This document shows, in pieces, positions 20,280 through 32,000 of a stretch of DNA of 64,000 bases (position 1 is its first letter; every line of letters starts with the position of its first letter). The notes under the pieces are model-generated. The model ran no database searches, was not told the origin of the DNA, and worked only from the letters and a program-made list of their open reading frames with translations. Both the position numbers and the translations under genes were made by a program. Source of the stretch: an uncultured bacterium (GTDB lineage: Bacteria > Bacteroidota > Ignavibacteria > Kapaibacteriales > UBA2268); NCBI GenBank assembly GCA_942490685.1, contig CALNXW010000016.1:1301047-1365046 (forward strand). Reading direction: 5' to 3'.

Positions 20280-21245
20280 ATGATAGTATTAACCGGAGGC
20301 GCCGGTTTTATCGGCTCATGCTTTTTAAGAAAATTGAACGACAAGGGTATCTCTGATATCCTTGTTGTTGATAGATTAAGTGATTCTACTAAATGGAAAA
20401 ACCTAATTGGTAAAGAATTTGAAGACTATACTCATAAGGTAACTTTTAGAGAAAACCTGAAAAATGGTTTCTACGGAGACAAGATAGAGGCAATAGTTCA
20501 TTTCGGAGCTTGCTCTGCTACTACTGAACCGGACGTAGATTATCTGTTTGATAATAACTTGTCTTACACTAAAGAACTTGCTACTTATGCAGTAGATAGA
20601 AATTTACCTTTTATATATGCTAGTAGCGCTGCTACTTATGGTGACGGTGCACTCGGATATTCCGATAAAATATTTGATGATCTTAAGCCCCTAAATGCCT
20701 ATGGAATGAGTAAACACTTATTTGATTTATGGGCAATTAGAAAAGGAATCATCGATAAAATTATAGGTATAAAATTCTTCAATGTTTTTGGTCCTAATGA
20801 GTACCATAAGTTAGGAATGACTTCTATGGTATACAAATCATATCATCAAGTAAAAGAGACTGCAAAGGTAAAACTTTTCAGATCTTATAAAGATGATTAT
20901 AAAGACGGAGAGCAAAAAAGAGACTTTGTCTATATTAAAGATGCCGTCGAAGTACTTTGGAATATGTTTTCTAAATATACCGACAAAGGTGTTTTCAACT
21001 TAGGAACCGGAAAAGCTAGATCCTGGAATGATTTAGCTGAATCTGTCTTTAAGGCAATGAAGAAAGATATTCAAATTGAATATGTAAATATGCCTGATAA
21101 CTTGATCAATCAATATCAATATTTTACGCTAGCTGATAGCGAAAAGCTAATGTCCTCTGATTATGCTCATAAATTTTTGACATTAGAAGAAAGCATAGAT
21201 GATTATGTAAATAATCACCTTGCATTGGAATTCCCTTACTTCTAA
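20280..21245 (+). CDS. hldD: ADP-L-glycero-D-manno-heptose-6-epimerase.
   Basis: MIVLTGGAGFIGS...DILVVDRL...YASSAATYG...YGMSK aligns well with E. coli HldD. Located between atpA and atpG. Confidence 0.85.
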   Translation: MIVLTGGAGFIGSCFLRKLNDKGISDILVVDRLSDSTKWKNLIGKEFEDYTHKVTFRENLKNGFYGDKIEAIVHFGACSATTEPDVDYLFDNNLSYTKELATYAVDRNLPFIYASSAATYGDGALGYSDKIFDDLKPLNAYGMSKHLFDLWAIRKGIIDKIIGIKFFNVFGPNEYHKLGMTSMVYKSYHQVKETAKVKLFRSYKDDYKDGEQKRDFVYIKDAVEVLWNMFSKYTDKGVFNLGTGKARSWNDLAESVFKAMKKDIQIEYVNMPDNLINQYQYFTLADSEKLMSSDYAHKFLTLEESIDDYVNNHLALEFPYF

Positions 21246-21266
21246 TAATATCATAAGGAATGCCTA

Positions 21267-22151
21267 ATGGCTACACTAAGAGATATAAAAAGAAGAATTA
21301 CAGGTGTTAGAAACACCTCTAAAATTACTTCTGCAATGAAAATGGTTTCTGCTGCTAAACTCAAAAGAGCTCAACGAGCCATTGAGTCATCAAGGCCATA
21401 TTTCGTACAATTAGAAGATATGATGACAAATGTTATATCTGGAGTTGCAGAAGATTATTCTCATAAATTGATTCAAAACAGAGATGAAGTTAAGCATATT
21501 ACTGCTATAGTTATTAGTTCAGACAGAGGACTATGCGGTAGTTTTAACTCATCTTTATATAGATATGCTGATATTCAGATAAAAGATATGATTGCAAATG
21601 ATTATCCGGAAGCCAGTGTTGATATTATAGCTGTTGGAAAAAAAACTAAATCTTACTATAATAAGCCTAAGTACAACATGGTTGCGTCTCACATAGATGT
21701 GTTTGCTGAATTAGATTTTTCAATTGTCAAAGATATTCTAACTTCTGCAATTGATAATTTTATTTCCGGTAAAACGGATAAAGTAGTGATCTTTTATAAT
21801 GAGTTTGTCAATGTAGTGAAACAAGATACAGCCAGCAAAACAATTCTTCCTCTTCAAATAAAAGAGTCTGAAGAATCTGCTGGTACTACAGACTACATTT
21901 TTGAACCAGATAAAGAAAGTTTATTAGATGAGCTTATTCCTAAGTTGATTGATATTCAACTTTGGAGAGCGTTATTAGAATCACATGCTGCAGAACATGC
22001 TGCAAGAATGATGGCTATGGATAATGCAACAAGCAACGCTAATGATCTAATCAAGCATTTGGAATTAGTATACAATAATGCAAGACAAGCTGCAATTACA
22101 ACAGAAATGTTGGAAATTGTATCTGGAGCAGAAGCACTCAGAAATGCTTAA
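21267..22151 (+). CDS. atpG: F-type ATP synthase gamma subunit.
   Basis: N-terminal ATLRDIKRRITGVRNTSKITSAMKMVSAAKLKRAQ and C-terminal LEIVSGAEAL gamma signatures. Confidence 0.9.
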   Translation: MATLRDIKRRITGVRNTSKITSAMKMVSAAKLKRAQRAIESSRPYFVQLEDMMTNVISGVAEDYSHKLIQNRDEVKHITAIVISSDRGLCGSFNSSLYRYADIQIKDMIANDYPEASVDIIAVGKKTKSYYNKPKYNMVASHIDVFAELDFSIVKDILTSAIDNFISGKTDKVVIFYNEFVNVVKQDTASKTILPLQIKESEESAGTTDYIFEPDKESLLDELIPKLIDIQLWRALLESHAAEHAARMMAMDNATSNANDLIKHLELVYNNARQAAITTEMLEIVSGAEALRNA

Positions 22152-22175
22152 TTGATACTTTTCTGCAATATTTAA

Positions 22176-22205
22176 AGAGCTTACTTTTTCAAGTAGGCTC
22201 TTTTT
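22176..22205 (+). terminator. Imperfect rho-independent terminator after atpG.
   Basis: gagcttact/agtaggctc stem followed by TTTTT. Confidence 0.5.
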
Positions 22206-22388
22206 ATATCTTAGTATATCTAATGATCGTTAGTATTTCTGCTGACACTTTATTCTACTGTATTTTGTTTATAACTTTTTTATATTTCCTCTATTTACAG
22301 TACTTCAAAGCATCCTTTTACTTCCATTTTTGCTAAATATTTCGTATTTTTGTATGATTTATTAATCTGTTAAATTCATATAGAATAT

Positions 22389-24932
22389 TTGATTATGTCA
22401 TTACTTGGAAAAGAGCAAATAGTTCCTACTATGCTTGAACAGGAGATGCAAACTTCTTACTTGGATTATTCCATGTCAGTAATTGTATCTCGTGCTTTAC
22501 CTGATGTAAGAGATGGTTTAAAGCCTGTTCACAGGAGGATTTTATTTGCTATGCAAGACATGGGGCTTGCGCCGAATAAACCTTACAAGAAATCTGCAAG
22601 GTTGGTCGGTGAGGTACTTGGTAAGTATCACCCACATGGTGACTCTTCTGTGTATGAAGCTATGGTTAGAATGGCTCAACCTTGGAATATGAGATATCCC
22701 TTGGTCGATGGTCAGGGTAACTATGGTTCTATAGATGGTGACTCCCCTGCCGCTATGCGTTATACTGAATCGCGATTGGCAAAAATTGCACCACACATGC
22801 TTAGAGACATTGAAAAGAATACAGTAAATTTTAGACCTAACTTCGACGAATCCTTAAAAGAACCCGAAGTATTACCTTCTATACTGCCTACGCTTCTTTT
22901 AAACGGTGCTAGTGGTATTGCAGTTGGTATGGCAACAAATATACCGCCTCATAACCTTAGAGAGACTGTAAACGCTATTAATGCAGTTATTTCTAATCCG
23001 GATATCACCTTAGAAGAAATAATGAAGCATATCCCTGCTCCTGATTTTCCTACAGGTGGTTATATCTACGGATATTCCGGTGTAAAAGATGCTTATGAAA
23101 CAGGACGCGGCAGAATCGTAGTCAGAGCTAAAGCAGGAATTGAAGAGAATAAGAACGGTAGAAGTTCTATCATTATAACAGAAATACCTTTCCAGGTTAA
23201 TAAAGCTAACTTGATCGAAAAAATTGCAGATTTAGTTAGACACAAAACTATTGAAGATATTTCTGATATTAGAGATGAGTCTGATAAAGACGGTCTTAGA
23301 GTTGTTATTGAACTCAAAAGAGATGCTATTCCTAATGTTGTTTTAAACAACTTATATAAGCACTCTCAGCTACAGGTTACATTTGGTGCTAACATGCTTG
23401 CGCTTGTTAATGGCCGACCGCAAACCTTAAGCTTAAGAGAAATTATAGATCATTTTATCAAACATAGAAATGATGTAATTGTTCGTAGAACTCAATTTGA
23501 TCTTGATGCTGCTTTAAGAAGAGCGCACATTTTAGAAGGTTTGATTATTGCTCTTGATAACATCGATGAAGTTATTGCTATTATCAGAGGATCTAAAGAC
23601 GCTCCTACTGCTTCTGCAAAACTGATCGAGCGATTTGAACTAACTGAAATGCAAACGAAAGCAATTCTTGAAATGAGATTGCAACGTTTGACTGGTTTAG
23701 AAAGAGATAAAATTGTTCAGGAACATAAAGATCTATTAGTAACAATTGAAGAGTTAAAAGCAATTTTAGCAAGTAAAGAATTGCAGTTAAGTATCATTTC
23801 TGACGAACTTACTGAAATATCAGATCAGTTTGGCGATGAAAGAAGAACTGAAATCATCCATGATTCTAAAGAATTCTCATTAGAAGACATGGTTGTAAAC
23901 GAGGAAATGATTATTACTATTTCTCGTAAAGGTTTTATTAAACGTACTGCTGTTTCTAACTACAGAAGACAAAATAAAGGTGGTCGTGGTTCCAGTGGAG
24001 TTTCTACATATGATGATGATTTTGTAGAACATATCTTCCAGGCTTCTACTCACCATCATTTATTGTTCTTTACTGATGAAGGTAGAGTATTTAAACTTAA
24101 AGTTTATGACTTACCTGAAGGTAGCAGAAACTCTAAAGGTAGATCAATCGCAAACGTAATTGCGAAAAAACCTGAAGAAAATGTTGAAGCTTACTTACCA
24201 ATTAAAGATTTTGATGATACATATAATATCATTTTTGCTACGCAAAACGGTACTATTAAGAAAACATCACTTTCTCAATTTGGTAATATTCGACAAACAG
24301 GTATCATTGCAATTAACTTGTCAGATGGTGACAAACTTGTTTCAGCAAGATTGACTGATGGCACTATGGATGTTATTCTTGGTACTAAAAATGGTCTGGC
24401 TTGCCGCTTTAGAGAATCTGATGTTAGACCGATGGGCAGAACTGCCGGTGGTGTCAAAGGTATTTCTTTGTCAGATGGTGACGAAGTAGTTTCTCAAATT
24501 GTAATCAAAAGACCTGATCAACAAGTAATTGTTGTATCTGAAAAAGGTTACGGTAAGAGAACAAAATATGAAGACTTTAGACTTACTAAACGTGGAGCTA
24601 AAGGTGTAATTTCTATGAGTGTTACTCCTAAAACAGGTCACGTAGTTCGTTTAGTCTCTGCTTCAGATTCTGAAGATTTAGTAGTAATGACAACTAATGG
24701 TGTAATTATCAGACAGCATGTAGATGGCATTAGAACTATTGGCAGAAACACTCAAGGTGTGAAATTGATAAAACTTGACAATAATTCTATGATAGCAGAT
24801 ATTACTTGTGTTACCAGAGACGAAGATAAAATTGATGAAGATCAAAACTTAACTGATAACACAGAATTGTCTGACAACATTGAAAATCAGGATAATAGTA
24901 CTTCTGAAGGGACTCAAGAGACTCTTCTTTAG
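22389..24932 (+). CDS. gyrA: DNA gyrase subunit A. Exact start codon uncertain (22389 or a nearby Met).
   Basis: [30 protein letters not shown] and the active-site Tyr region AAMRYTE. C-terminal beta-pinwheel repeats. Acidic tail. Confidence 0.97.
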   Translation: MIMSLLGKEQIVPTMLEQEMQTSYLDYSMSVIVSRALPDVRDGLKPVHRRILFAMQDMGLAPNKPYKKSARLVGEVLGKYHPHGDSSVYEAMVRMAQPWNMRYPLVDGQGNYGSIDGDSPAAMRYTESRLAKIAPHMLRDIEKNTVNFRPNFDESLKEPEVLPSILPTLLLNGASGIAVGMATNIPPHNLRETVNAINAVISNPDITLEEIMKHIPAPDFPTGGYIYGYSGVKDAYETGRGRIVVRAKAGIEENKNGRSSIIITEIPFQVNKANLIEKIADLVRHKTIEDISDIRDESDKDGLRVVIELKRDAIPNVVLNNLYKHSQLQVTFGANMLALVNGRPQTLSLREIIDHFIKHRNDVIVRRTQFDLDAALRRAHILEGLIIALDNIDEVIAIIRGSKDAPTASAKLIERFELTEMQTKAILEMRLQRLTGLERDKIVQEHKDLLVTIEELKAILASKELQLSIISDELTEISDQFGDERRTEIIHDSKEFSLEDMVVNEEMIITISRKGFIKRTAVSNYRRQNKGGRGSSGVSTYDDDFVEHIFQASTHHHLLFFTDEGRVFKLKVYDLPEGSRNSKGRSIANVIAKKPEENVEAYLPIKDFDDTYNIIFATQNGTIKKTSLSQFGNIRQTGIIAINLSDGDKLVSARLTDGTMDVILGTKNGLACRFRESDVRPMGRTAGGVKGISLSDGDEVVSQIVIKRPDQQVIVVSEKGYGKRTKYEDFRLTKRGAKGVISMSVTPKTGHVVRLVSASDSEDLVVMTTNGVIIRQHVDGIRTIGRNTQGVKLIKLDNNSMIADITCVTRDEDKIDEDQNLTDNTELSDNIENQDNSTSEGTQETLL

Positions 24933-24972
24933 TAAATATATTTGATTACAACTTTTCTGATTAAAGCTTATT

Positions 24973-25002
24973 AAGGGCATACTTTTGTATGCCCTTTTTT
25001 TT
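24973..25002 (+). terminator. Rho-independent terminator after gyrA.
   Basis: gggcatac/gtatgccc stem followed by a T-run of 8. Confidence 0.7.
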
Positions 25003-25058
25003 ATATAAATATTTTGCATATATTGTATATTATTTGTTATTAATCTACAGTACTATAT

Positions 25059-26159
25059 ATGCTACCTAATAAATGGGATTTAAATCAAGTCTTAATGCTT
25101 ACTTATGCTAAAGTTGGAAATTATAGTATTTTAAAAGAAATAGTCGAAAGTACATATTCCCTTGATGATTTTCTATCAGGAAATGTGAAAGGAAGTCTAT
25201 TATTAAAAATCCAACAAAAGCAGCTCTTCCCTACTCCTAAATCTGAACTTGAATCTGAGTTAGAAAAACAGTTAGATTCTGCAAATAAATGCAAAGCTAA
25301 AATTATTTCTATTTGGGATAATGATTACCCTGAGTTACTTAAAAACATTCCATATCCTCCTATTGTTCTTTACGTAGCCGGTACTATTCAAGATTCCGAT
25401 AAAATTTCTATTGGTGTTGTTGGTACAAGAAGATGCACAATGTATGGGAAATTAATTGCCGAACAGTTTACCCAGCAGTTTATAGATTCAGGATTGATTA
25501 TCACTAGTGGAATGGCTTATGGAATTGATACTATAGCTCATAAAACAGCAGTTAGAAAAAAAGCTCCTACTTATGCTGTCATTGCTTCTGGATTAGACTC
25601 AGTAACAATGGATTCTCAACAAAAGATGTATAATGAAATAATTGATTCCGGAGGAGCTGTTATTTGTGATTATAAGTTTGGAGTTAAAGCACTACCCGCA
25701 TTCTTTCTGCAAAGAAACCGAATAATCAGTGGTATTTCTACAGCGACTGTTGTTATAGAGTCTGCAATTAAAGGCGGAGCAATGAAAACAGCAAGATTTG
25801 CCTTTGATCAACAAAGGGATGTCTTTGCAGTTCCCGGTAATATAAATGCTGAAAAATCAAAAGGTACTAACTTTTTAATAAAAGAAAGCATTGCAGCGCC
25901 TGCTTTATCTGCAGAACAAATTTTAAAAGAGATTGGTGTGGCGGACTTATCCTCTGATAATAATCAGGTAAAAATTGAATTTTCTGATGCAGAAGAGAAA
26001 ATAATCTACGATACTTTAAGCCACGAACCTATTCATATTGATAATATTTCTGAACAATCCGGAATTGAAATGTCCCAACTTTTAGTTAAATTGTTAAATA
26101 TGGAATTTCAAAATAAGGTAAAGCAATTACCCGGTAAACATTATATAAGAAATATTTAG
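25059..26159 (+). CDS. dprA: DNA-processing protein DprA (Smf).
   Basis: Rossmann-like block VGTRRCTMYGKLIAEQFTQQFIDSGLIITSGMAYGIDTIAHKTA. Confidence 0.85.
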   Translation: MLPNKWDLNQVLMLTYAKVGNYSILKEIVESTYSLDDFLSGNVKGSLLLKIQQKQLFPTPKSELESELEKQLDSANKCKAKIISIWDNDYPELLKNIPYPPIVLYVAGTIQDSDKISIGVVGTRRCTMYGKLIAEQFTQQFIDSGLIITSGMAYGIDTIAHKTAVRKKAPTYAVIASGLDSVTMDSQQKMYNEIIDSGGAVICDYKFGVKALPAFFLQRNRIISGISTATVVIESAIKGGAMKTARFAFDQQRDVFAVPGNINAEKSKGTNFLIKESIAAPALSAEQILKEIGVADLSSDNNQVKIEFSDAEEKIIYDTLSHEPIHIDNISEQSGIEMSQLLVKLLNMEFQNKVKQLPGKHYIRNI

Positions 26160-26166
26160 AATTGTT

Positions 26167-27150
26167 ATGGACTACAAAAACTCATATAATCAGTATCTTC
26201 AACTTGTAGAAGATAAATTAAATACTATTGTTGCAGATAAAGAACCCAGAATTCTTTATGAACCATTTCACTATCTTATTACAGGTGGCGGTAAAAGAAT
26301 TAGACCTGTGCTAACTATGATAGCCTGCGGAGCTATAAATCAAAAACCTGAAGATGCTTTAAACTGTGGTGTAGCAATTGAAATAATGCATAATTTTACT
26401 CTTGCTCACGACGATATTATGGATAGATCACCAATCCGTCGCGGAAGAGATACAGTACATGTAAAATGGGATGATGCTACTGCAATTTTAACAGGAGATG
26501 TAATGGTTGGATGGGGTTATAAATTATTACCTACTTCATCTCAATCTAAAAATTCTGATAAAATTTATGCTTCTTATACTAAAGCCATAATAGATGTTTG
26601 TGAAGGTCAGGCTTTTGATGTTGAGTTCAATGAAAATCAGGAAACTAATATTGATGATTACTTCAAAATGATAGAACTCAAAACCTCACGACTTTTAGAG
26701 TGCTCTGTAGAAATGGGAGCTTATGTCGCAGGTGCAACAGATGAAGAAGTTAAAGCATTAAATCTTTATGCGAAATACTTAGGTTATGCTTTCCAGTTGC
26801 AGGATGATTTATTAGATTTAACAGCTGATGAAGCTGAGTTTGGTAAGTCTATTGGTCAAGATATCCAAGAAGGTAAAAAAACTTACATGATTCTATACGC
26901 TCGCGAAAACATTATGAAAGAAGAGCACAGAGAATTAATGGACAAATTCTATGCGAATAACGGACTTCCAAAAGAATTTGTACCTCAAATGAAAGATTTA
27001 CTTCTAAGAACAGGTGCAATTAAAGCCTCTCAAAAATTGATAGATGCATATTTTAAAAAAGCTGAAGAAGCTCTAACCCCAATAAAGCAATCAGAGTATA
27101 AAAACATGCTGATATGGATACTTGATTCGCTAAACAATCGAAAAAAATAA
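26167..27150 (+). CDS. Polyprenyl (geranylgeranyl/octaprenyl) diphosphate synthase.
   Basis: First DDxxD LAHDDIMD and second FQLQDDLLD aspartate-rich motifs. Confidence 0.85.
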   Translation: MDYKNSYNQYLQLVEDKLNTIVADKEPRILYEPFHYLITGGGKRIRPVLTMIACGAINQKPEDALNCGVAIEIMHNFTLAHDDIMDRSPIRRGRDTVHVKWDDATAILTGDVMVGWGYKLLPTSSQSKNSDKIYASYTKAIIDVCEGQAFDVEFNENQETNIDDYFKMIELKTSRLLECSVEMGAYVAGATDEEVKALNLYAKYLGYAFQLQDDLLDLTADEAEFGKSIGQDIQEGKKTYMILYARENIMKEEHRELMDKFYANNGLPKEFVPQMKDLLLRTGAIKASQKLIDAYFKKAEEALTPIKQSEYKNMLIWILDSLNNRKK

Positions 27151-27178
27151 AATAATATAAAATATCTATAAATACTTT

Positions 27179-27213
27179 GAGCTCTGAATCGTTTCTTTCA
27201 GAGCTTATTTTTA
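27179..27213 (+). terminator. Rho-independent terminator.
   Basis: gagctctga/tcagagc stem followed by ttattttta. Confidence 0.65.
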
Positions 27214-27351
27214 TTAGGCAAGTCTAACTTATTTTTAGTTTTCTTACTAAATTATATATTTTGTTTACTAATTATATGATTAGATTCCACTAAGTTTATT
27301 ATATTTGCAGTCTAATATTTTTTGATTTTTATTATATCACATTGGTGGGAC

Positions 27352-28959
27352 ATGGATACCCTTGAAAACGTTTATGTAAATGATCCAAAATTAGAGTATT
27401 TGGGTCTAAATAATCTTAAAAAAGTACATTGGAATTATACAACTTCTTCTTTGTACGAACACTCTATTAAGAATCATGAAGCTGAGATCTCTCACTTAGG
27501 ACCACTAGTAGTTTCTACAGGTAAAATCACAGGCAGATCTCCTAATGATAAATTTATCGTCAAAGACGAAACTACTGAAAATACAATTGATTGGGGAAAA
27601 GTAAACAGACCTTTCGATGAAGCAAAATTTTGCCAAATGTTCGAAAAAGTCAAAGCTTATCTTCAAGCAAAAGAAGTATATATTCAAGATGCTTATGCTG
27701 GTGCAGACGAAAATGTTGCAGTGCCGGTAAGAATCATCACTCAATATGCATGGCAAGCTTTATTTGCTAGAAATATGTTTGTACGCATTAGAGAACAAGA
27801 AAAACTTGATAACTTTACTCCACAGTTTACAGTTATTGATGTTCCTGACTTTTTAGGCTCTCCTAAATATGATGGTATCAATTCTGAGACTTTCATTTTA
27901 GTAAACTTCAAGAAACGCATTATTTTAATCGGTGGTACACATTATGCCGGCGAAATTAAAAAGTCTATCTTCTCTATATTAAATTACTTATATCCTCAAC
28001 AGGGTATTATGGGTATGCACTGCTCTGCTAATAAAGGCAAAGATGGTGATACTGCTCTTCTTTTTGGTCTTTCCGGTACAGGTAAAACAACTTTATCAGC
28101 AGATCCAAACAGAGCACTTATTGGAGATGATGAGCACGGCTGGGATGATAAAGGTATCTTCAATTTTGAAGGTGGCTGCTATGCAAAAGTGATTAACCTT
28201 TCTGCAGAAGCTGAACCTGAAATTTTCAGTACTACTCGCCGATATGGTACTATATTAGAAAACGTAGTGATGGACAGAAAAACAAGAAGAGTAGACCTTG
28301 ATGATTCTACTTTGACTGAAAATACTCGTGCTTCTTACCCAATCACTCACTTAGACAATATTGTTCCTGAAAGTGCAGGTGGACATCCAAAAAATATTAT
28401 TTTCTTGACAGCTGATGCTTTTGGTGTATTGCCTCCAATCTCTAAGCTTTCGCCTGAACAAGCTATGTACCAGTTCTTACTCGGCTACACAGCTAAAGTT
28501 GCTGGTACGGAAAAAGGTATCACTGAACCTCAAGCAACTTTCTCTACTTGCTTTGGTGCTCCATTTATGCCTTTACACCCTAGTAAATATGCTAATATGT
28601 TAGGTGAAAAAATTGACAAACACAATGTTAAGTGTTGGTTAGTTAATACAGGTTGGACTGGTGGACCTTACGGTGTAGGTCACAGGATTTCTATCAAATA
28701 TACTCGTGCTTTACTTAATGCTGCTTTAGAAGGCCATTTAGATAATGTAGAATATGTGGTTGATCCTATATTCAATCTATCTATTCCAACAGAATGTGTT
28801 GGTGTACCTTCAGAAATTCTTAACCCTCGTAACACTTGGGAAGATAAATCTGCTTATGATAAAGCTGCAAAAGATACAGCTAAACAGTTTGTGGAAAACT
28901 TCAAGCAATATGAAGCATATGTTTCTGATGAAGTTGTAAAATCAGGACCACAAATCTAA
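27352..28959 (+). CDS. pckA: Phosphoenolpyruvate carboxykinase (ATP). Start adjusted to an internal Met.
   Basis: GKITGRSPNDKFIV, kinase-1a GLSGTGKTT and the ATP-type PEPCK blocks. The track ORF start at 27322 adds 10 aa not found in homologs. Confidence 0.95.
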   Translation: MDTLENVYVNDPKLEYLGLNNLKKVHWNYTTSSLYEHSIKNHEAEISHLGPLVVSTGKITGRSPNDKFIVKDETTENTIDWGKVNRPFDEAKFCQMFEKVKAYLQAKEVYIQDAYAGADENVAVPVRIITQYAWQALFARNMFVRIREQEKLDNFTPQFTVIDVPDFLGSPKYDGINSETFILVNFKKRIILIGGTHYAGEIKKSIFSILNYLYPQQGIMGMHCSANKGKDGDTALLFGLSGTGKTTLSADPNRALIGDDEHGWDDKGIFNFEGGCYAKVINLSAEAEPEIFSTTRRYGTILENVVMDRKTRRVDLDDSTLTENTRASYPITHLDNIVPESAGGHPKNIIFLTADAFGVLPPISKLSPEQAMYQFLLGYTAKVAGTEKGITEPQATFSTCFGAPFMPLHPSKYANMLGEKIDKHNVKCWLVNTGWTGGPYGVGHRISIKYTRALLNAALEGHLDNVEYVVDPIFNLSIPTECVGVPSEILNPRNTWEDKSAYDKAAKDTAKQFVENFKQYEAYVSDEVVKSGPQI

Positions 28960-28981
28960 ATTGATAAATATTTAAAATTAA

Positions 28982-29007
28982 GGTCGGCATTTTGCCGGCC
29001 TTTTTTT
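28982..29007 (+). terminator. Rho-independent terminator after pckA.
   Basis: ggtcggca/tgccggcc stem followed by TTTTTTT. Confidence 0.75.
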
Positions 29008-29038
29008 ATTTTGTATTGAATTATAAATAGGAATCTCA

Positions 29039-32000
29039 ATGCAAAATATTATACATAATAAAGCCTACGACTTAGATCGAATTTTCCTGAACTTTAGATC
29101 TTTCTTTTCTGATCTGATTAGAGAACAATCAATAGATAGCAAAATATTAGTTGTCCCTACTGCTAAATATGCAAGACATCTTCGCCAAATATATATAGCA
29201 AAGCATTATGAAATGCACAACATCCCATGTTCCGAACTAAACATCGTTAACTTTGATTCCTTTGTTAAGCTATTATATAACAAAATTGATACAGAGGCTT
29301 CAAAAACAATAATTTCTGATGCATATAGATTTCTTCTAATGGAAAATGCTATTAGAAATTCCAATACTGACTACTTTAAACAATCTTCAGGTACAGTCAA
29401 ATTATCTCTTGCAAAGAAACTGGACAGTCTGATTATTGGCTTGAAAAAGAAAGGTATTACAGTCGATAAGATACAGAAAGAACTTTCAGTACCAGAATTT
29501 AGTTCTGATGAAATAACCAACTTGAAAAAATATCAGGAAATATTTAATATCTATTCCAAATATCAAGAGTCTTTGGGTGAAGATCTTTTGGATGAAGTTG
29601 ATATGCTTTCCTATATTATTAAATATGTAGAAGGAATTGGCACTTCAGATGAAGATATTTTTGATACTTTAGATATACCAATCAAACATAATAACCCGAT
29701 AGATGACGTACTTCCCGGTAAAAACGAGATTATATTTTATGGATTCTCAGATTTTACTTTACCGGAGCAAAGATTACTAAGTTTATTTACGCACTCTAAT
29801 TCGATACAGGTAGCTATTTATCTTGAAAATCTTAAAACAGACAGCAACTACAATTTGCCGGATGTTTCTGTGAGATTTACCTCTTATGGCTTTGTTAATT
29901 TTAATCAGTCAAATCTTTTTGAAGAAGATGATTTTAATAAAATTCTGAAATCAAATCTCTTTATCAAAAACGTACAAAACGAATTTTCTTCTCTGCATAA
30001 CTTGCCATTTTATCTATTGGAAAATGATAATACTGCAGAGGAAATTGAATCTGTAAGTAGATTTGTAAGTTATCTGATTAGAGAAAAGAATGTATCTCCC
30101 AGCAAAATTGCATTAGTCACTAGAGAAGCAGGTACTTATGCAAAATCTATACGTGATAGCTTTATGCGTTATCAGCTTCCTTTAAATATATCTGATAGAT
30201 TTGATTTACAAACTTCCACTATAGTATCTACTGTGTTAAACATCTTGGATACAGTTATTTATGGATATAAGCTAAATAGCTTAGAAAAAGTTTTTGCTTC
30301 TTACTATATGCAAAACTTAGATATAAATTTTTCTCTGGTCAGAAAATATGCATATAAACTTAGGATAATCGGTGGGCATGAAAGAGGTGGATTATCAGCT
30401 TGGAAGAAACGAATAGAAAGCTATAAAACATACTTAAATTCTAAACTTAAAGAAGATAGCTTTTTCGAAGATGAGCTTGAAAAGTTTTCTTATCAAAAAG
30501 AATATCAAGAAATCTGTGAAGTAGAGACTGAACTTTCTAAAATCAAAACTGTTTTTCCTAAAGTCCCTAACAAATTATCTGTAAATAAGTTTATTCAGGT
30601 TTTGACGGAAATACTTGAAAAAGTAAAATTTGAAATCAAAATTACTAGTGATAATTTACAACTTCAAAATTCTGATTTTGAGTCAAAATATGTTAAAGAA
30701 TCTATTCAAGACAGTATAGAAAAGGACGGTAGAGCGCTTTCTGCATTTGCAGAACTACTGAATGAAATATCATACCTACATAAATCTGATTCTTTGCAAT
30801 ATGATACGATTACCCATATTGAAAGACTTAAAATACTTGTTTCCGGAACAAAATATCAAATCAGAGAAAAAGAACAGTATGGAGTCACTCTTACATCTAT
30901 CGAACAGACTCGTGGACTGCCATATGAGTACGTCATTATGTTTGGAGCTGTTGAAGGTAAATTTCCACTTCCTTTTAAAACAAATACTCTGTTAGGCAAA
31001 GAATTGCGTGAATCAAACCTTCACCATATACAAGAAGAGCGCAATTTATTATATGCACTTTTGACAGGCAATCTTTCAGAAGGTTTCAGTAAAGGAAGAA
31101 AAGTAGTAATTAGCTATTCAAAAAAAGATGAAGATAATGATTATGCAAGATCACACTTTATCGATGAATTAATATCTACTTTCAATATTGATGATGAGGA
31201 TACTTTAGATCTACACAAACATTATGATTTTTTAAACCACAAAATCCATTTTAAACATTTAGAAGCTGATCAATTTCTTCATAGAAGAGAAGTAGAACTT
31301 AATCTAATGATGGATATTGAACATCAAAGCAGATTTTCAAAGCCATTCTCTCCTACTACATTTGAAAAGTATACTGATTGTCCATTCAGATATATGCTTT
31401 CTACTCTTTTTAATATAGAAGAGACTGATAGTGAAGATATGATGCTGACTCCGCTTGAAAAGGGATCTTTACTACATAAAATCCTATACAAATTTTATAC
31501 AGAATTGTCTGAAGACGCAACTCATTTAGTAAAAGTCGCAACCTATAAAAATGGAAAGACTCTTTTTGGTATCACATTAGATGAATCAAAAAAAGAATTC
31601 TATTATAATTGTCTTGAAAGTATTGCTAAAGTTGAAATACAAAAGTATTCTTTTGACCATCCCCTTTTCGATATAGAAGAAAACAAAATTTTTGGAAGTT
31701 CAAGTTTCACCGGCATTTTAAAACTTTGGCTTGAAAACGAATTGAAATTCTCTAAGTCTAATCCTGATCTATTCCCTGTTTTCTTTGAGTATTCATTTGG
31801 CAATTCAGAAGAATACGCATTAAATATTTCGGAAGACGTTAAAATCAAAGGGAAAATTGACAGAATTGAATTATCTCCAAAGCATAACTTTTATGCTATA
31901 GCTGATTATAAATCAAATGCTCAAAATCAAAGAAAAGATAAAGATGGAGATTTTACTAAGTTTCAAATGCCTTTATATTCTTATGCTATATCAAAGTTCC

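Noticed and set aside
15580-22151. N-type (Na+) ATPase operon.
   Set aside because: N-ATPase operons begin with atpD and atpC and lack atpH. Here a clear delta/OSCP subunit is present and no beta or epsilon genes lie upstream, which fits a split F-type arrangement.
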